A stretch of 25,110 nt of DNA from a virus (IMGVR_UViG_3300032243_001428:1-25110), one strand, 5' to 3'; shown: positions 7,340-16,482, counted from the first letter of the stretch. The notes: generated by a model from the sequence alone, not told the origin. Numbers and translations: made by a program.

Positions 7340-7369
7340 ATTATAACAGAAATTACACAGCAAGAGCAA
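7340..7369 (-). promoter_or_regulatory. Sigma70-type promoter for gp47
   Basis: TTGCTC (7369-7364), 18-nt spacer ending in TGn, TATAAT (7345-7340). The ATG follows after 8 nt. Confidence 0.6.
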
Positions 7370-7377
7370 CTGGTAAT

Positions 7378-8289
7378 TTACTCATCAGTGTCGTAACCGC
7401 CACTGGAGAATCCACCGCCCATGCCCTGTCGTGTGTAACTTGGCGTTAACCCGTTCATCTCCAAGATATCATCACGCAGGTTTTGACTACGCTTTTCGAT
7501 ATTCAAGACACGAGTAAAGCTATTAGTGATAGCGGCAGTATAATACGCAAAAGGGTTCTGCGATTTTGATTCATCGAATTGCAATCCGATTTGGCTGAGT
7601 TGCAAGAGTGCTTGGCTTCGCATTTCATCATTGTAGGTGTATCCTCTCCAGTTTGATCTTGTGGCATAACGCTCGCACAGCTTCATAAACATGTGTGCCA
7701 GTTTCTTGGTCATGGTGCCGTGATCCTTACTGAACTCCCCAGTGATCAAATCACCTTTCCAATGACTTTTGCCAACCACATAGGGTGTGCCATCTTCCAC
7801 AACCTTGTAGTGAAAAAATGGAGGAAAGTTACATTTGGTATACTTGGTGGGCGCCTTGACCACATCCGGATCGTCATACTCAGTAAGCAGTAGATCTTCT
7901 TCGGGCTCTTCTATAACGACAGCACCTTTTTTGACCTTGGGCGCGGCAGCCGGCACATGTTCCCAGGTCATGACTCTAAAAACCACTGATTCGGCCGGAA
8001 CATCTTTGAGTTTGACTTCAAAATCTTCCAGTTTCTTTTTGTTTGCTTTTACAGTTTCCCCTGCATTGGCTTCTTCAAATGCCAATTTGGTCAAGCGTTC
8101 TGCACGATTTCTACGGGCCTGCATGATATTTTTCTTGTTGATTTTATCCACATCCAGCAAAATCATGTCATAATCGGCGTCGGTAGAATTCAAGAATGTG
8201 CAGTAAGTGGTCTTGCTACGATGTATTTCTTTAAGAATATCTTTGTTGTTTAAGTAATTTTTTACTTTGATTGGTATTAATGTTTCCAC
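7378..8289 (-). CDS. gp55: T4 gp55-like sigma factor for late transcription, with a large internal insertion
   Basis: N-terminal NYLNNKDIL; C-terminal block ERYATRSNWRGYTYNDEM...FDESKSQNPFAYYT...NSFTRVLNIEK. GTG start with AAGGA upstream; T4-like 55-47-46 gene order. Confidence 0.88.
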   Translation of the reverse strand: METLIPIKVKNYLNNKDILKEIHRSKTTYCTFLNSTDADYDMILLDVDKINKKNIMQARRNRAERLTKLAFEEANAGETVKANKKKLEDFEVKLKDVPAESVVFRVMTWEHVPAAAPKVKKGAVVIEEPEEDLLLTEYDDPDVVKAPTKYTKCNFPPFFHYKVVEDGTPYVVGKSHWKGDLITGEFSKDHGTMTKKLAHMFMKLCERYATRSNWRGYTYNDEMRSQALLQLSQIGLQFDESKSQNPFAYYTAAITNSFTRVLNIEKRSQNLRDDILEMNGLTPSYTRQGMGGGFSSGGYDTDE

Positions 8290-8316
8290 AAAAAGCGGTT
8301 CCTTTACAGTTAGCGC

Positions 8317-8346
8317 ATAGTAACATATTTACTTACAAAGTGTCAA
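8317..8346 (-). promoter_or_regulatory. Sigma70-type promoter for gp55 with an embedded late box
   Basis: TTGACA (8346-8341), 18-nt spacer ending in TGn, TACTAT (8322-8317). AGTAAATA (8333-8326) lies inside the spacer. Confidence 0.65.
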
Positions 8347-8374
8347 CCTTTATCTGTTTACAAATCTTTATAGT

Positions 8375-8399
8375 AGCCTATTTTGTCTACCCATAAATA
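8375..8399 (+). promoter_or_regulatory. gp55-dependent late promoter of the baseplate operon
   Basis: CATAAATA at 8392-8399 (T4 consensus TATAAATA) with AGCC..TTTTGT upstream. SD AAGGA at 8407-8411, ATG at 8419. Confidence 0.7.
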
Positions 8400-8418
8400 T
8401 TGTATTAAGGATTGATGC

Positions 8419-9393
8419 ATGGGATTATTCGACGCAGTAGGAAGTCAACTGGGTGGGCAAGCACTAGGTGATGTTACAGGTTCAGCAGGTCGCTTGGCCG
8501 TGGCCGGCCTGATCCCCGGCGGCAGTATCCCATTCAAAATTGGTGGAGCCAAGGTCAATATCAATCTCAACGGTGGTGCACCAGACTGGCGTCTGCGTGT
8601 TAGCCTGGCAGAATCCGCTGACTATTTCTACAAAGCACAAAGTCCAGCCGACCGTGGCATAATGAGCCCTTTGTTTGGCAGTGCCACACAAAACGGCGTG
8701 ATATTTCCCTATACCCCGCAGGTACAAGTAACGCACACAGCCACGTATAGCCAACAAAAATTCACGCACAGCAACTACCCAGGTTACTATTATGAAAACT
8801 CGGAAGTGGCCGCAATATCCATCACAGGCGATTTCACTGTACAAAACACCATAGAAGGCCAATACCTGATGGCGGCCATCACGTTCTTTAGATCTTGTAC
8901 CAAGATGTGGTTTGGTGCCAGCCAGAGTCGACAAGGCTTCCCTCCTCCCATGGTGTTTTTAAACGGCTACGGAGAAAATTATCTTCCCAATGTACCCTGT
9001 GTTGTTACCAGCTTCAGTCATACCATGCCCAGTGATTGCGATTACATTGATGTGGCCACAGTGATCCCGGGTGGACCCGGCGCAGGCGGCATTGGATCAT
9101 CCATCAGCCAGGCCGTGGGCGGCCTAATGCAAGGCGGCAGTCTTGGCAGCGTGACTGGAGCATTGACCGGCGGCCTGCAAAGTGCAGTTGGTGCCACACT
9201 GGGAGCCAGTGGTGCTGGCATTGCCAGCCTACTGGGTGCAACAGGCAAAGGTTCAACACGCTTGCCAACCAGTAGTCAAATAACTGTGGCATTGCAACCA
9301 GTGTATAGCCGCAAGGCCGTGTCGGGATTCAATCTTGATGATTTTGCCAAAGGCAACATGATTGGCAAAAACAGCAAGGGAGGATTTATTTAA
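8419..9393 (+). CDS. Tail tube initiator / baseplate tube-cap-like protein (gp48/gp54-like tube fold)
   Basis: GVIFPYTPQV, ISITGDFTVQ, PPPMVFLNGYG and PCVVTSFSHT are typical of contractile-tail tube-initiator proteins. It is the first gene before gp53, hub and spike, and has a Gly-rich insertion. Confidence 0.65.
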   Translation: MGLFDAVGSQLGGQALGDVTGSAGRLAVAGLIPGGSIPFKIGGAKVNINLNGGAPDWRLRVSLAESADYFYKAQSPADRGIMSPLFGSATQNGVIFPYTPQVQVTHTATYSQQKFTHSNYPGYYYENSEVAAISITGDFTVQNTIEGQYLMAAITFFRSCTKMWFGASQSRQGFPPPMVFLNGYGENYLPNVPCVVTSFSHTMPSDCDYIDVATVIPGGPGAGGIGSSISQAVGGLMQGGSLGSVTGALTGGLQSAVGATLGASGAGIASLLGATGKGSTRLPTSSQITVALQPVYSRKAVSGFNLDDFAKGNMIGKNSKGGFI

Positions 9394-9692
9394 TGGCCAA
9401 ATATACCAGATATAGCCCTTACTATGCCACAGACAGTTTTGGTAAATTCTTAGATGTCATGACCGACCGTAAAATTACTGCTCGGGCATCCGATGTACTT
9501 TATACCATTGACAAAGTGTACGAGAATAGACCCGATCTATTGGCATTTGACTTGTACGGCAGTTCTTCGTTATGGTGGGTATTTACACAACGCAACCCCG
9601 ATGTTATTCAAGATCCCATATATGATTTTCGAGCCGGAAGAAACATTTACATTCCTACCAAAGATCAATTGAATTCAGACCTGGGAGTGTAA
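9393..9692 (+). CDS. gp53: Baseplate wedge protein, T4 gp53-like (LysM-like fold)
   Basis: YENRPDLLAFDLYGSSSLWWVF...N...DP...G..IYIP motif; GGAGG SD and TAATG stop/start coupling. Confidence 0.8.
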   Translation: MAKYTRYSPYYATDSFGKFLDVMTDRKITARASDVLYTIDKVYENRPDLLAFDLYGSSSLWWVFTQRNPDVIQDPIYDFRAGRNIYIPTKDQLNSDLGV

Positions 9693-9695
9693 ACC

Positions 9696-12600
9696 ATGGC
9701 ACTAAGTCCTGCTGACAATCTCAAATTTGCTGAACAGGCCCTGGCCGTTGATCAGCAAAGGCTGATGAACCTCACAGCTCAGCGACATGCAATTGCAGCC
9801 AATGGTGGAGATACAACTCAAATTGATTCTGCCATTGCAAATCTTAGAGAAGATGTGGTGGCAGGTCAAGAGGATCTAATAAAAGCTCAAGCAGATGTTG
9901 AAGATCAAAAAACTGCTGAAGCTGGTGATACTGCCGGCGACACAGTGGAAAACACCGAGCAACAGGCCGGCGAACCATTGGACAGCAATGAAAAATCAAA
10001 TCTAGAAAATAAAGAACAACCGGGTGATAGCCCCGATACAGCGCCTGCCAATGACAATGGCGGCGCAACTGATTCCAATCCAGAACAACGGACGGAACCG
10101 GTGATAGAAAAACCCACCACTGTGAGTGCCACAGCAGTTCCTTTTGCCGGCAATCCCGATGATGAAGAAATAGCCAAGGGCAAGGCCGAGAAACATAATA
10201 AATCTGCAGTGGGCGCAAATAAACAGGTTCCGGTGTACATTCCTAGAGACAATCCCCTACACCAATATGCCACCTACACTTACAGTATAGCCTTGTACAT
10301 ATTGAGTTCAGAAGATGTCAATCTACTAACATCAAACCCGTCGGCCTGGAAACCCAATTCAATCACAGTCAAAGGTCAAACTGTCAACACCTGTTTGATT
10401 GCCAGTGGCGGAAAAAATGCAGGGCAATACAAGCGCAATTCAAACTTTACCGATGACTTTTATTTTGACAATTTAAAAATGACCACGGTCATAGGCATGA
10501 ACAGTCGTAGCAAATCTACCAACGCTGTTGAAATTGGTTTTGGAATCCTAGAGCCCTATGGCATGAGCCTGTTGGACCGCATAATTGAAGCGGCCGCTGA
10601 TGTGCAAGCACCCAATTTCAAAGCCATGCCTTACCTGTTAGAAATTGAATTTTATGGGTACGATGACAATGGCAAGCAGATATTAATTGAGAATCAACGC
10701 AAACGTATCCCGATACAAATTATTGAATTAAAAATCAAAGTGGGCACCAAGGGTGCAGAATATGCTGTCAAAGCTGTGCCATGGAATCATCAAGCACTGA
10801 GTCAAAGTGCGGCCAGCACACCCATCAACATTGAGGTCAAGGCCGGCACTGTGGAGGAATTTTTCCACAACAATTTGGCTGATCAATTGGCAGTTGCTCA
10901 ACAAGATGCAGACAAGGTTGCGGCAACTTCAAAGGCTCAGCGCAAAGAGTCCGATCTCAAGGCCGCAGAAGACGCTGACAGAAAATCACGTCAAGAGGAA
11001 AGCGACAGGAACTACAGAGCTGTCAGCGAAGATCCCGGAGCCACTCCCAAGGTCAGCCCGTCGGTGCGCAAGCCTGAAGACCAAACAGAACTCAGCAAAT
11101 TACACGGTGTGGTCAATCGTGCGTTTGCAGTCAGCAGTTATTGTGGTGGAGTCAATGCCTGGTTCAATGATCTAGTGCTGAAAAAACTACGGGGCACACG
11201 TGATCAAATCATGTTTGATGTTCACCCAGACATTGCCAAAACTAAAATTGTGGTACCCGATCAGAAAGACATCACCAAGTCAGCCACACGAGATGACAAA
11301 CCAGTTGATGCCGCGGCAGCCGCTGCCAAAGATGCCAACCGTGTGTTTACAGATGCACAGGCATTTCCCATCAGCTCGGGCACCAGTGTAACACAGGTCA
11401 TTGACATGATCATGCGCAACAGCGAATACATTACCAGTCAAGTCAAGGATCCCAAAAATATGACACCACAGGACCTGGCTGAAAAAGAAGGTCGACCTTT
11501 GAAGTGGTACAAGGTCGTTCCCACAGTGAAAGTGGCAGATTATGATTATGCATTGAACAAGTTCAGTACCATTACCACGTATCACATCATGCCTTACATT
11601 GTGTATGACAGCAAACATCCGCAAGGACCCGTGGCACCACCACAAGGAGCCATGAAACAGTACAACTACAGTTACACCGGTAAAAACGTCGACATATTGG
11701 ATTTCTCCATTGATTTTGACACACTATTCTATACTGCTGTAACAGCAGGAGCCGCAAAATGGCAATCAGACATAGCCATTGAAGCAGCCAAACAACAAAG
11801 TGATACCGCTGAACATATTGCCAACGAAAATCCAGAGTTTGCCAAGGAATTGGTAAACAGGCAATTGCGTCTAGTTCCGGAGCTGCCACAAACCGGCGGC
11901 AGTGGGGCCAAGACAGATGTAAAACAAGTGGCTGCCACAGACATACAAAAAGGTCAGTACAGCAATAGCCGTGGCGACATGTTGAACTTAAAGTTGAAGA
12001 TCATCGGTGACCCTGAGTTGATCAAACAAGATGATATCTACACAAACCCCAGTCAAGGCGGCTACGACAAACAGATCAATACCACAGGAGTCATGAGCGA
12101 CAATGGTAGTGTGCCCATGGACAATGGCGAAGTCATGTGTGAAGTCACATTCAAAACCATACTGGACATGGACGATACCAAAGGCACACCGGATAAAAAT
12201 CCCAAGTATGAAAACAACAGCGTGTTCTCGGGTGTGTACAGAATCTTAACAGTGGAAAATGTGTTTCAAAATGGCAAATTTGAACAAACAGTGGACATGG
12301 TGCGCATGCCCGACACAATAAACAATGCTACCAAAAATGCCGGTGCAGGCAAGCCGGTAGACAACAGCCAATCCATGTCAGTGGCTGCCAATGACGCCAA
12401 ACAGGCCACCGCAGTGAGAATGCCTGAAACAGCATCAATTGCAATTCCCAACTACCGTCCGGTTAACATTGATTCTCTCAAGCCCAAAATTGAAGCAACA
12501 GCGGCTGCCTTGTTGGCGTCACGGCAAGACGAGGGACTACCAGACCCGCGTGACGAAACATCAACCTTTGATGAATGGGATCTGGCAGAATATACCGTTC

Positions 12601-12704
12601 CCGAGGCAGCACCGGTGTTAAATATCGATGACTATGTGGCACAAGAATCAACTGACCCTGAATCACCTGTGCCACGTAGTTTTTTCACTAGCACAATATC
12701 ATAA
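9696..12704 (+). CDS. Baseplate central hub protein (gp27-like), with extended termini
   Basis: Located between gp53 and gp5. Hub-like segments include ILEPYGMSL, PYLLEIEFYG, LKIIGDP and FSGVYRILTVENVFQNGKFEQT. GGAG SD. Confidence 0.65.
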   Translation: MALSPADNLKFAEQALAVDQQRLMNLTAQRHAIAANGGDTTQIDSAIANLREDVVAGQEDLIKAQADVEDQKTAEAGDTAGDTVENTEQQAGEPLDSNEKSNLENKEQPGDSPDTAPANDNGGATDSNPEQRTEPVIEKPTTVSATAVPFAGNPDDEEIAKGKAEKHNKSAVGANKQVPVYIPRDNPLHQYATYTYSIALYILSSEDVNLLTSNPSAWKPNSITVKGQTVNTCLIASGGKNAGQYKRNSNFTDDFYFDNLKMTTVIGMNSRSKSTNAVEIGFGILEPYGMSLLDRIIEAAADVQAPNFKAMPYLLEIEFYGYDDNGKQILIENQRKRIPIQIIELKIKVGTKGAEYAVKAVPWNHQALSQSAASTPINIEVKAGTVEEFFHNNLADQLAVAQQDADKVAATSKAQRKESDLKAAEDADRKSRQEESDRNYRAVSEDPGATPKVSPSVRKPEDQTELSKLHGVVNRAFAVSSYCGGVNAWFNDLVLKKLRGTRDQIMFDVHPDIAKTKIVVPDQKDITKSATRDDKPVDAAAAAAKDANRVFTDAQAFPISSGTSVTQVIDMIMRNSEYITSQVKDPKNMTPQDLAEKEGRPLKWYKVVPTVKVADYDYALNKFSTITTYHIMPYIVYDSKHPQGPVAPPQGAMKQYNYSYTGKNVDILDFSIDFDTLFYTAVTAGAAKWQSDIAIEAAKQQSDTAEHIANENPEFAKELVNRQLRLVPELPQTGGSGAKTDVKQVAATDIQKGQYSNSRGDMLNLKLKIIGDPELIKQDDIYTNPSQGGYDKQINTTGVMSDNGSVPMDNGEVMCEVTFKTILDMDDTKGTPDKNPKYENNSVFSGVYRILTVENVFQNGKFEQTVDMVRMPDTINNATKNAGAGKPVDNSQSMSVAANDAKQATAVRMPETASIAIPNYRPVNIDSLKPKIEATAAALLASRQDEGLPDPRDETSTFDEWDLAEYTVPEAAPVLNIDDYVAQESTDPESPVPRSFFTSTIS

Positions 12705-12713
12705 GGACTACCA

Positions 12714-15700
12714 ATGGATCCAAGACTAGGAACTAAACTACCAGACTACGCCAATCAAGACAAAGTCGGTGGTATGAAGTTTGACAAGTACATATATTCT
12801 GGCATTGTCAAACTGAATGTGGACCCTTTGCGCATGGGACGTTTGCGTGTGTGGATCGCCGACATGGGCGGCAATGAAGATGATGCAAATAATTGGCGTT
12901 GGGTCGCCTACGCCAGCCCCTTTTACGGACATACCACGCAGAATCAAAATATCAAAACCAATTCCTACAAGGCCACAGAAAGCACCTACGGCATGTGGAT
13001 GGTGCCACCGGATGTGGGCAATACTGTGCTTTGTTGTTTCATCAACGGCGACCCAGGTCGCGGTTATTGGTTTGCTTGTGCAACTACTCCCAAGATCAGC
13101 CACGGCATGACACCTGGCATGGGACAGTACACAGACAACAAGGAAAAAGGCACAGTAGAAAGTCCTTTGGTTAGAGCTGCCATAGATCGCGCAGAACCCA
13201 CATTTCTTCCCACAGCAGAATTTAACGAAAATGTCAAAGCCAACAAGACTGGCGGCTTTGTAAACAATAGATTCCCCATACATGAACCTCAGGCCGAAGT
13301 GTTGATTAACCAAGGTCTAGACACAGATCCTGTGCGTGGTGCCACTAGTACCAGTAGCATGCGTGAAGCTCCCAGTAGTGTGTTTGGCATCAGCACTCCG
13401 GGCCGCCCGGGCGACAACAACAAAGTCGTTCCCAAGTATCGTGCTGGTGGACATACCTTTGTCATGGACGATGGAGACTCCACAGGAACAGATCAAATGA
13501 TTCGTTTGCGAACAGCAGGCGGCCACCAGATATTGATGAACGACAGTGAGCAGGTTTTATATATTGCCAACAGCACAGGAACAGCCTGGATGGAATTTGG
13601 CAACAATGGACAAATTCACATGTATGCCAATCAAGGATTCAATGTGCGAACCGATGGTGATATCAACATGCACAGCAAGCAAAATATCAACATACAGGGA
13701 GATGAAGTACGTATCAAAGGCACCAGCAGAGTAAATCTAGAAACAGCGGCCATGGCTGTACGTGCTTCCAATAAATTACACATGTACAGTGGCAAAGTTG
13801 ACATTGGCAGCACCGGTACCATGAGCCTTACAGCAGCCGGCACATTGGGTGTAGCATCAAAAGCTGAATTGAAGTTGGTTGGCGATTATATTAGACTCAA
13901 CGACGGTGCAGTGGCCACTGTGGCCGATCCTGGATTTGTCACAGCCAACCAGTTGGTACAAACCACCAAAACAGCAAATCAACTGTATCAATCCAACCCT
14001 GCAGATTCCCCAGATCATTTAGAAAGCATAGTCACTGTTGCACCCGACCACGAACCTTGGCCACGCAACACCAGCCCTATTCCCATTGTACAGATAGTGA
14101 TCACCGACGAGGGTGGTTCACAAACAATTTCTGCATTGGATGTACAAGTGGCTCCAACATCAGGTATTTGTGCAGACACGCCACCCGGTACCGGCTCTGG
14201 AGCATCAAACTCACCAAGCGGAGCAGGCCCACTGGGAGATACCATTGCCAACTACGAATCTAGTCCAGCTGGATACAATGCATTCAATAGAGGCTCAAGT
14301 CCACCCAAAGGTACAGGTAGTCCCTATGAGTCCATGGACATAGTCAACATGACTGTACAACAAATTTTAGATCTAGGCAATTTACCTCAGACCTCAGACA
14401 ATGCTTCTAAGCGATTGTTTGCGGTGGGACGTTATCAATGTATTCCCACAACACTGGCAGAGGCAGTTAAAAAATTAGGTATAGATAAAAATTCTAAATT
14501 TAGCATAGAACTACAAGACAAAATATTTGTCAATCATCTATGCAAAATTGGTTCGCTAAGAGCATACCTGGATGGCAATAGTGCCGATGATTCGGCAGGA
14601 TTGATAAACGCGGCCAGCACAGTGGCCGGTATATGGGCATCGGTAGAAGATCCCAAATTGGGACGTGGACGTTATGATGGAGTGGGCACAAACACAGCAC
14701 ATTGTAAATCTGCCGAAATACAAGCCGCACTAAAAAAACAGTATGCCTTTTTAAGAAAAGGTTCTGTAGTTTCCGGCTCAGGATCCGTAATAACCGACGG
14801 CACAGGTGTTCCGATTAAATCAGGAGGTATAGCCTCCGATGATTCGGGATTACAGGCCTGTGCCGGCAAAGAAGTAACACAAAAAGCTCCGTACGAAACC
14901 ATGAGTACCAGCAAGGTTTCAGTCAACGGCGATCTAGTGGGACGAGGAACACCGGGCGATAAAAACAGTATACCAGGTTTGACAGCCAAGCAACAAAAGG
15001 CTCTGATAGTTGAAATCGGCCATGCAGAAAGTGGTGGCAAAATTGATTACAAAACCACCGAGCGTGTGGGCAAGTATGCCATCAATGCTGTTCTACTAGC
15101 CGAGTACGGTTATATTAAAAACGATTATCTGAGCAAGTACAAGCTGGATGCCATCAACCATGACGCTGCCTGGGCCGGCAAAGACGCAATACGCAGTCTT
15201 GATGATTTCTTAAAATCAGAAACTGCTCAAGATATCTGTATGATTAGCTTTGTCAAAGATGCCTATGCCAAGTTATGCAGTAGCCGAGGAATTTGGTTTG
15301 ATGACAGCATCTGCGTGGCCGGCGGCATGATATATGTAACTTACTTTTTCCGTGATCAAACGCAATCATTTGGCAGTGATGTCAATGCAATGATCACTGC
15401 GGCCAACAACTGGCGTAAACAAAATGTTGGGCGAGATAAATCAGGTGCAACACCGCATGATGTATACAATCGCGGCCGCTACGCCATAGACTTGCTGAGT
15501 CAGGTAGGCAGTACTGGTGCGGTTGTTAGAATAGCCGACCAGCGAACCAACAGACCAACCACCGGCGCTGCCGTGGTAAACAAACCTTCAGTGGACATTG
15601 ATCCAATTGATGTGTTGGTCTTCACCACCAGATCTGGGGATCGTGCGCACTTTGATGCGGCCACAAGCGAGTTTCAAGATGCCATACTGCAAATGGCGCA

Positions 15701-16055
15701 AGATTATAAAAAACAAACTGGAAAGAAAGTCACTGTGTCCAGCACAGTGCGCACACAACAGGAACAACAGGCAATATACGACGGATGGGTCAGTGCAGGC
15801 GGTCATTTGCCTGACAGGCCCACAGTCAATGTGTCTCCGTACGGCAGCATCAGTAGACCAGTTGCAAAGGTTGGTGTACACGGTCACGGGCAAGCCATGG
15901 ATATTTCTCCGCCGCAGGCCGCAGAATTGGAACAAATGGGACTGTTGGCCAAATATGGACTTTACAGATTTGATCCCATCGGAGATCCGCCACACGTACA
16001 GCCTAAAAAATCCCTGGCAGAACTTACCAGTGGCCCAGTTATACAAAAAATATAA
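12714..16055 (+). CDS. gp5: Baseplate central spike (T4 gp5-like) with peptidoglycan hydrolase domains
   Basis: N-terminal OB-fold (DPLRMGRLRVWI, YGMWMVPPDVG), beta-helix-like repeats, two lysozyme-like domains (ES...YN...AVGRYQ; AESGG...VGKY) and a C-terminal M15-like peptidase (RT..EQ, HGHGQAMD, DPPHVQ). AAGGA SD. Confidence 0.85.
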   Translation: MDPRLGTKLPDYANQDKVGGMKFDKYIYSGIVKLNVDPLRMGRLRVWIADMGGNEDDANNWRWVAYASPFYGHTTQNQNIKTNSYKATESTYGMWMVPPDVGNTVLCCFINGDPGRGYWFACATTPKISHGMTPGMGQYTDNKEKGTVESPLVRAAIDRAEPTFLPTAEFNENVKANKTGGFVNNRFPIHEPQAEVLINQGLDTDPVRGATSTSSMREAPSSVFGISTPGRPGDNNKVVPKYRAGGHTFVMDDGDSTGTDQMIRLRTAGGHQILMNDSEQVLYIANSTGTAWMEFGNNGQIHMYANQGFNVRTDGDINMHSKQNINIQGDEVRIKGTSRVNLETAAMAVRASNKLHMYSGKVDIGSTGTMSLTAAGTLGVASKAELKLVGDYIRLNDGAVATVADPGFVTANQLVQTTKTANQLYQSNPADSPDHLESIVTVAPDHEPWPRNTSPIPIVQIVITDEGGSQTISALDVQVAPTSGICADTPPGTGSGASNSPSGAGPLGDTIANYESSPAGYNAFNRGSSPPKGTGSPYESMDIVNMTVQQILDLGNLPQTSDNASKRLFAVGRYQCIPTTLAEAVKKLGIDKNSKFSIELQDKIFVNHLCKIGSLRAYLDGNSADDSAGLINAASTVAGIWASVEDPKLGRGRYDGVGTNTAHCKSAEIQAALKKQYAFLRKGSVVSGSGSVITDGTGVPIKSGGIASDDSGLQACAGKEVTQKAPYETMSTSKVSVNGDLVGRGTPGDKNSIPGLTAKQQKALIVEIGHAESGGKIDYKTTERVGKYAINAVLLAEYGYIKNDYLSKYKLDAINHDAAWAGKDAIRSLDDFLKSETAQDICMISFVKDAYAKLCSSRGIWFDDSICVAGGMIYVTYFFRDQTQSFGSDVNAMITAANNWRKQNVGRDKSGATPHDVYNRGRYAIDLLSQVGSTGAVVRIADQRTNRPTTGAAVVNKPSVDIDPIDVLVFTTRSGDRAHFDAATSEFQDAILQMAQDYKKQTGKKVTVSSTVRTQQEQQAIYDGWVSAGGHLPDRPTVNVSPYGSISRPVAKVGVHGHGQAMDISPPQAAELEQMGLLAKYGLYRFDPIGDPPHVQPKKSLAELTSGPVIQKI

Positions 16056-16065
16056 CATAAGAAAG

Positions 16066-16073
16066 AGTAAATA
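16066..16073 (+). promoter_or_regulatory. Late promoter box before gp25
   Basis: Intergenic AGTAAATA ending 5 nt before the ATG at 16079. Confidence 0.55.
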
Positions 16074-16078
16074 CTAGT

Positions 16079-16453
16079 ATGGCAATCTATCGTGGGTTCA
16101 GCACAATTGGTCAATCTAAGAAATTTAGAGCCACAGATGCGGCCCTAATCAAACAGGATCTAGTCAATCATTTCAACATACGCAAGGGCGAAAAACTCAT
16201 GAACCCAACATTTGGCACCATCATTTGGAGCATGTTGTTTGAACCCCTTACCAACGACACCAAAGAAGCCATTGTCACAGACATCACACAAATCATCAAC
16301 TACGATCCCAGAGTCAATGTGAACAATGTGCAGGTCAACGAAATGGAACATGGTCTACAAGTAATTGTGGATTTGACCTATATAAACAACAATCAAAGTG
16401 ATGCCCTGTTGTTGAATTTCAACAATCAAAGTCAAAAACTTACCTACGCTTAA
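16079..16453 (+). CDS. gp25: Baseplate wedge subunit / sheath initiator, T4 gp25-like
   Basis: LIKQDLVNHFNIRKGEKLMNPTFGT...LFEP...YDPRV family motif; 124 aa; lies between gp5 and gp6. Confidence 0.92.
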   Translation: MAIYRGFSTIGQSKKFRATDAALIKQDLVNHFNIRKGEKLMNPTFGTIIWSMLFEPLTNDTKEAIVTDITQIINYDPRVNVNNVQVNEMEHGLQVIVDLTYINNNQSDALLLNFNNQSQKLTYA

Positions 16454-16457
16454 TGTA

Positions 16458-16482
16458 AGCCGTTTTTGTATGTGAATAAATA
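16458..16482 (+). promoter_or_regulatory. gp55-dependent late promoter before gp6
   Basis: AATAAATA at 16475-16482 with AGCC..TTTTGT upstream at the same spacing as at 8375. SD TAAGGT at 16489-16494. Confidence 0.7.

Noticed and set aside
12738-16077. Longer overlapping ORFs within gp5 (12738-13313, 15588-16058, 15598-16077) and similar ones in other genes
   Set aside because: Antisense or off-frame shadows of well-supported genes, with no motifs or initiation signals.
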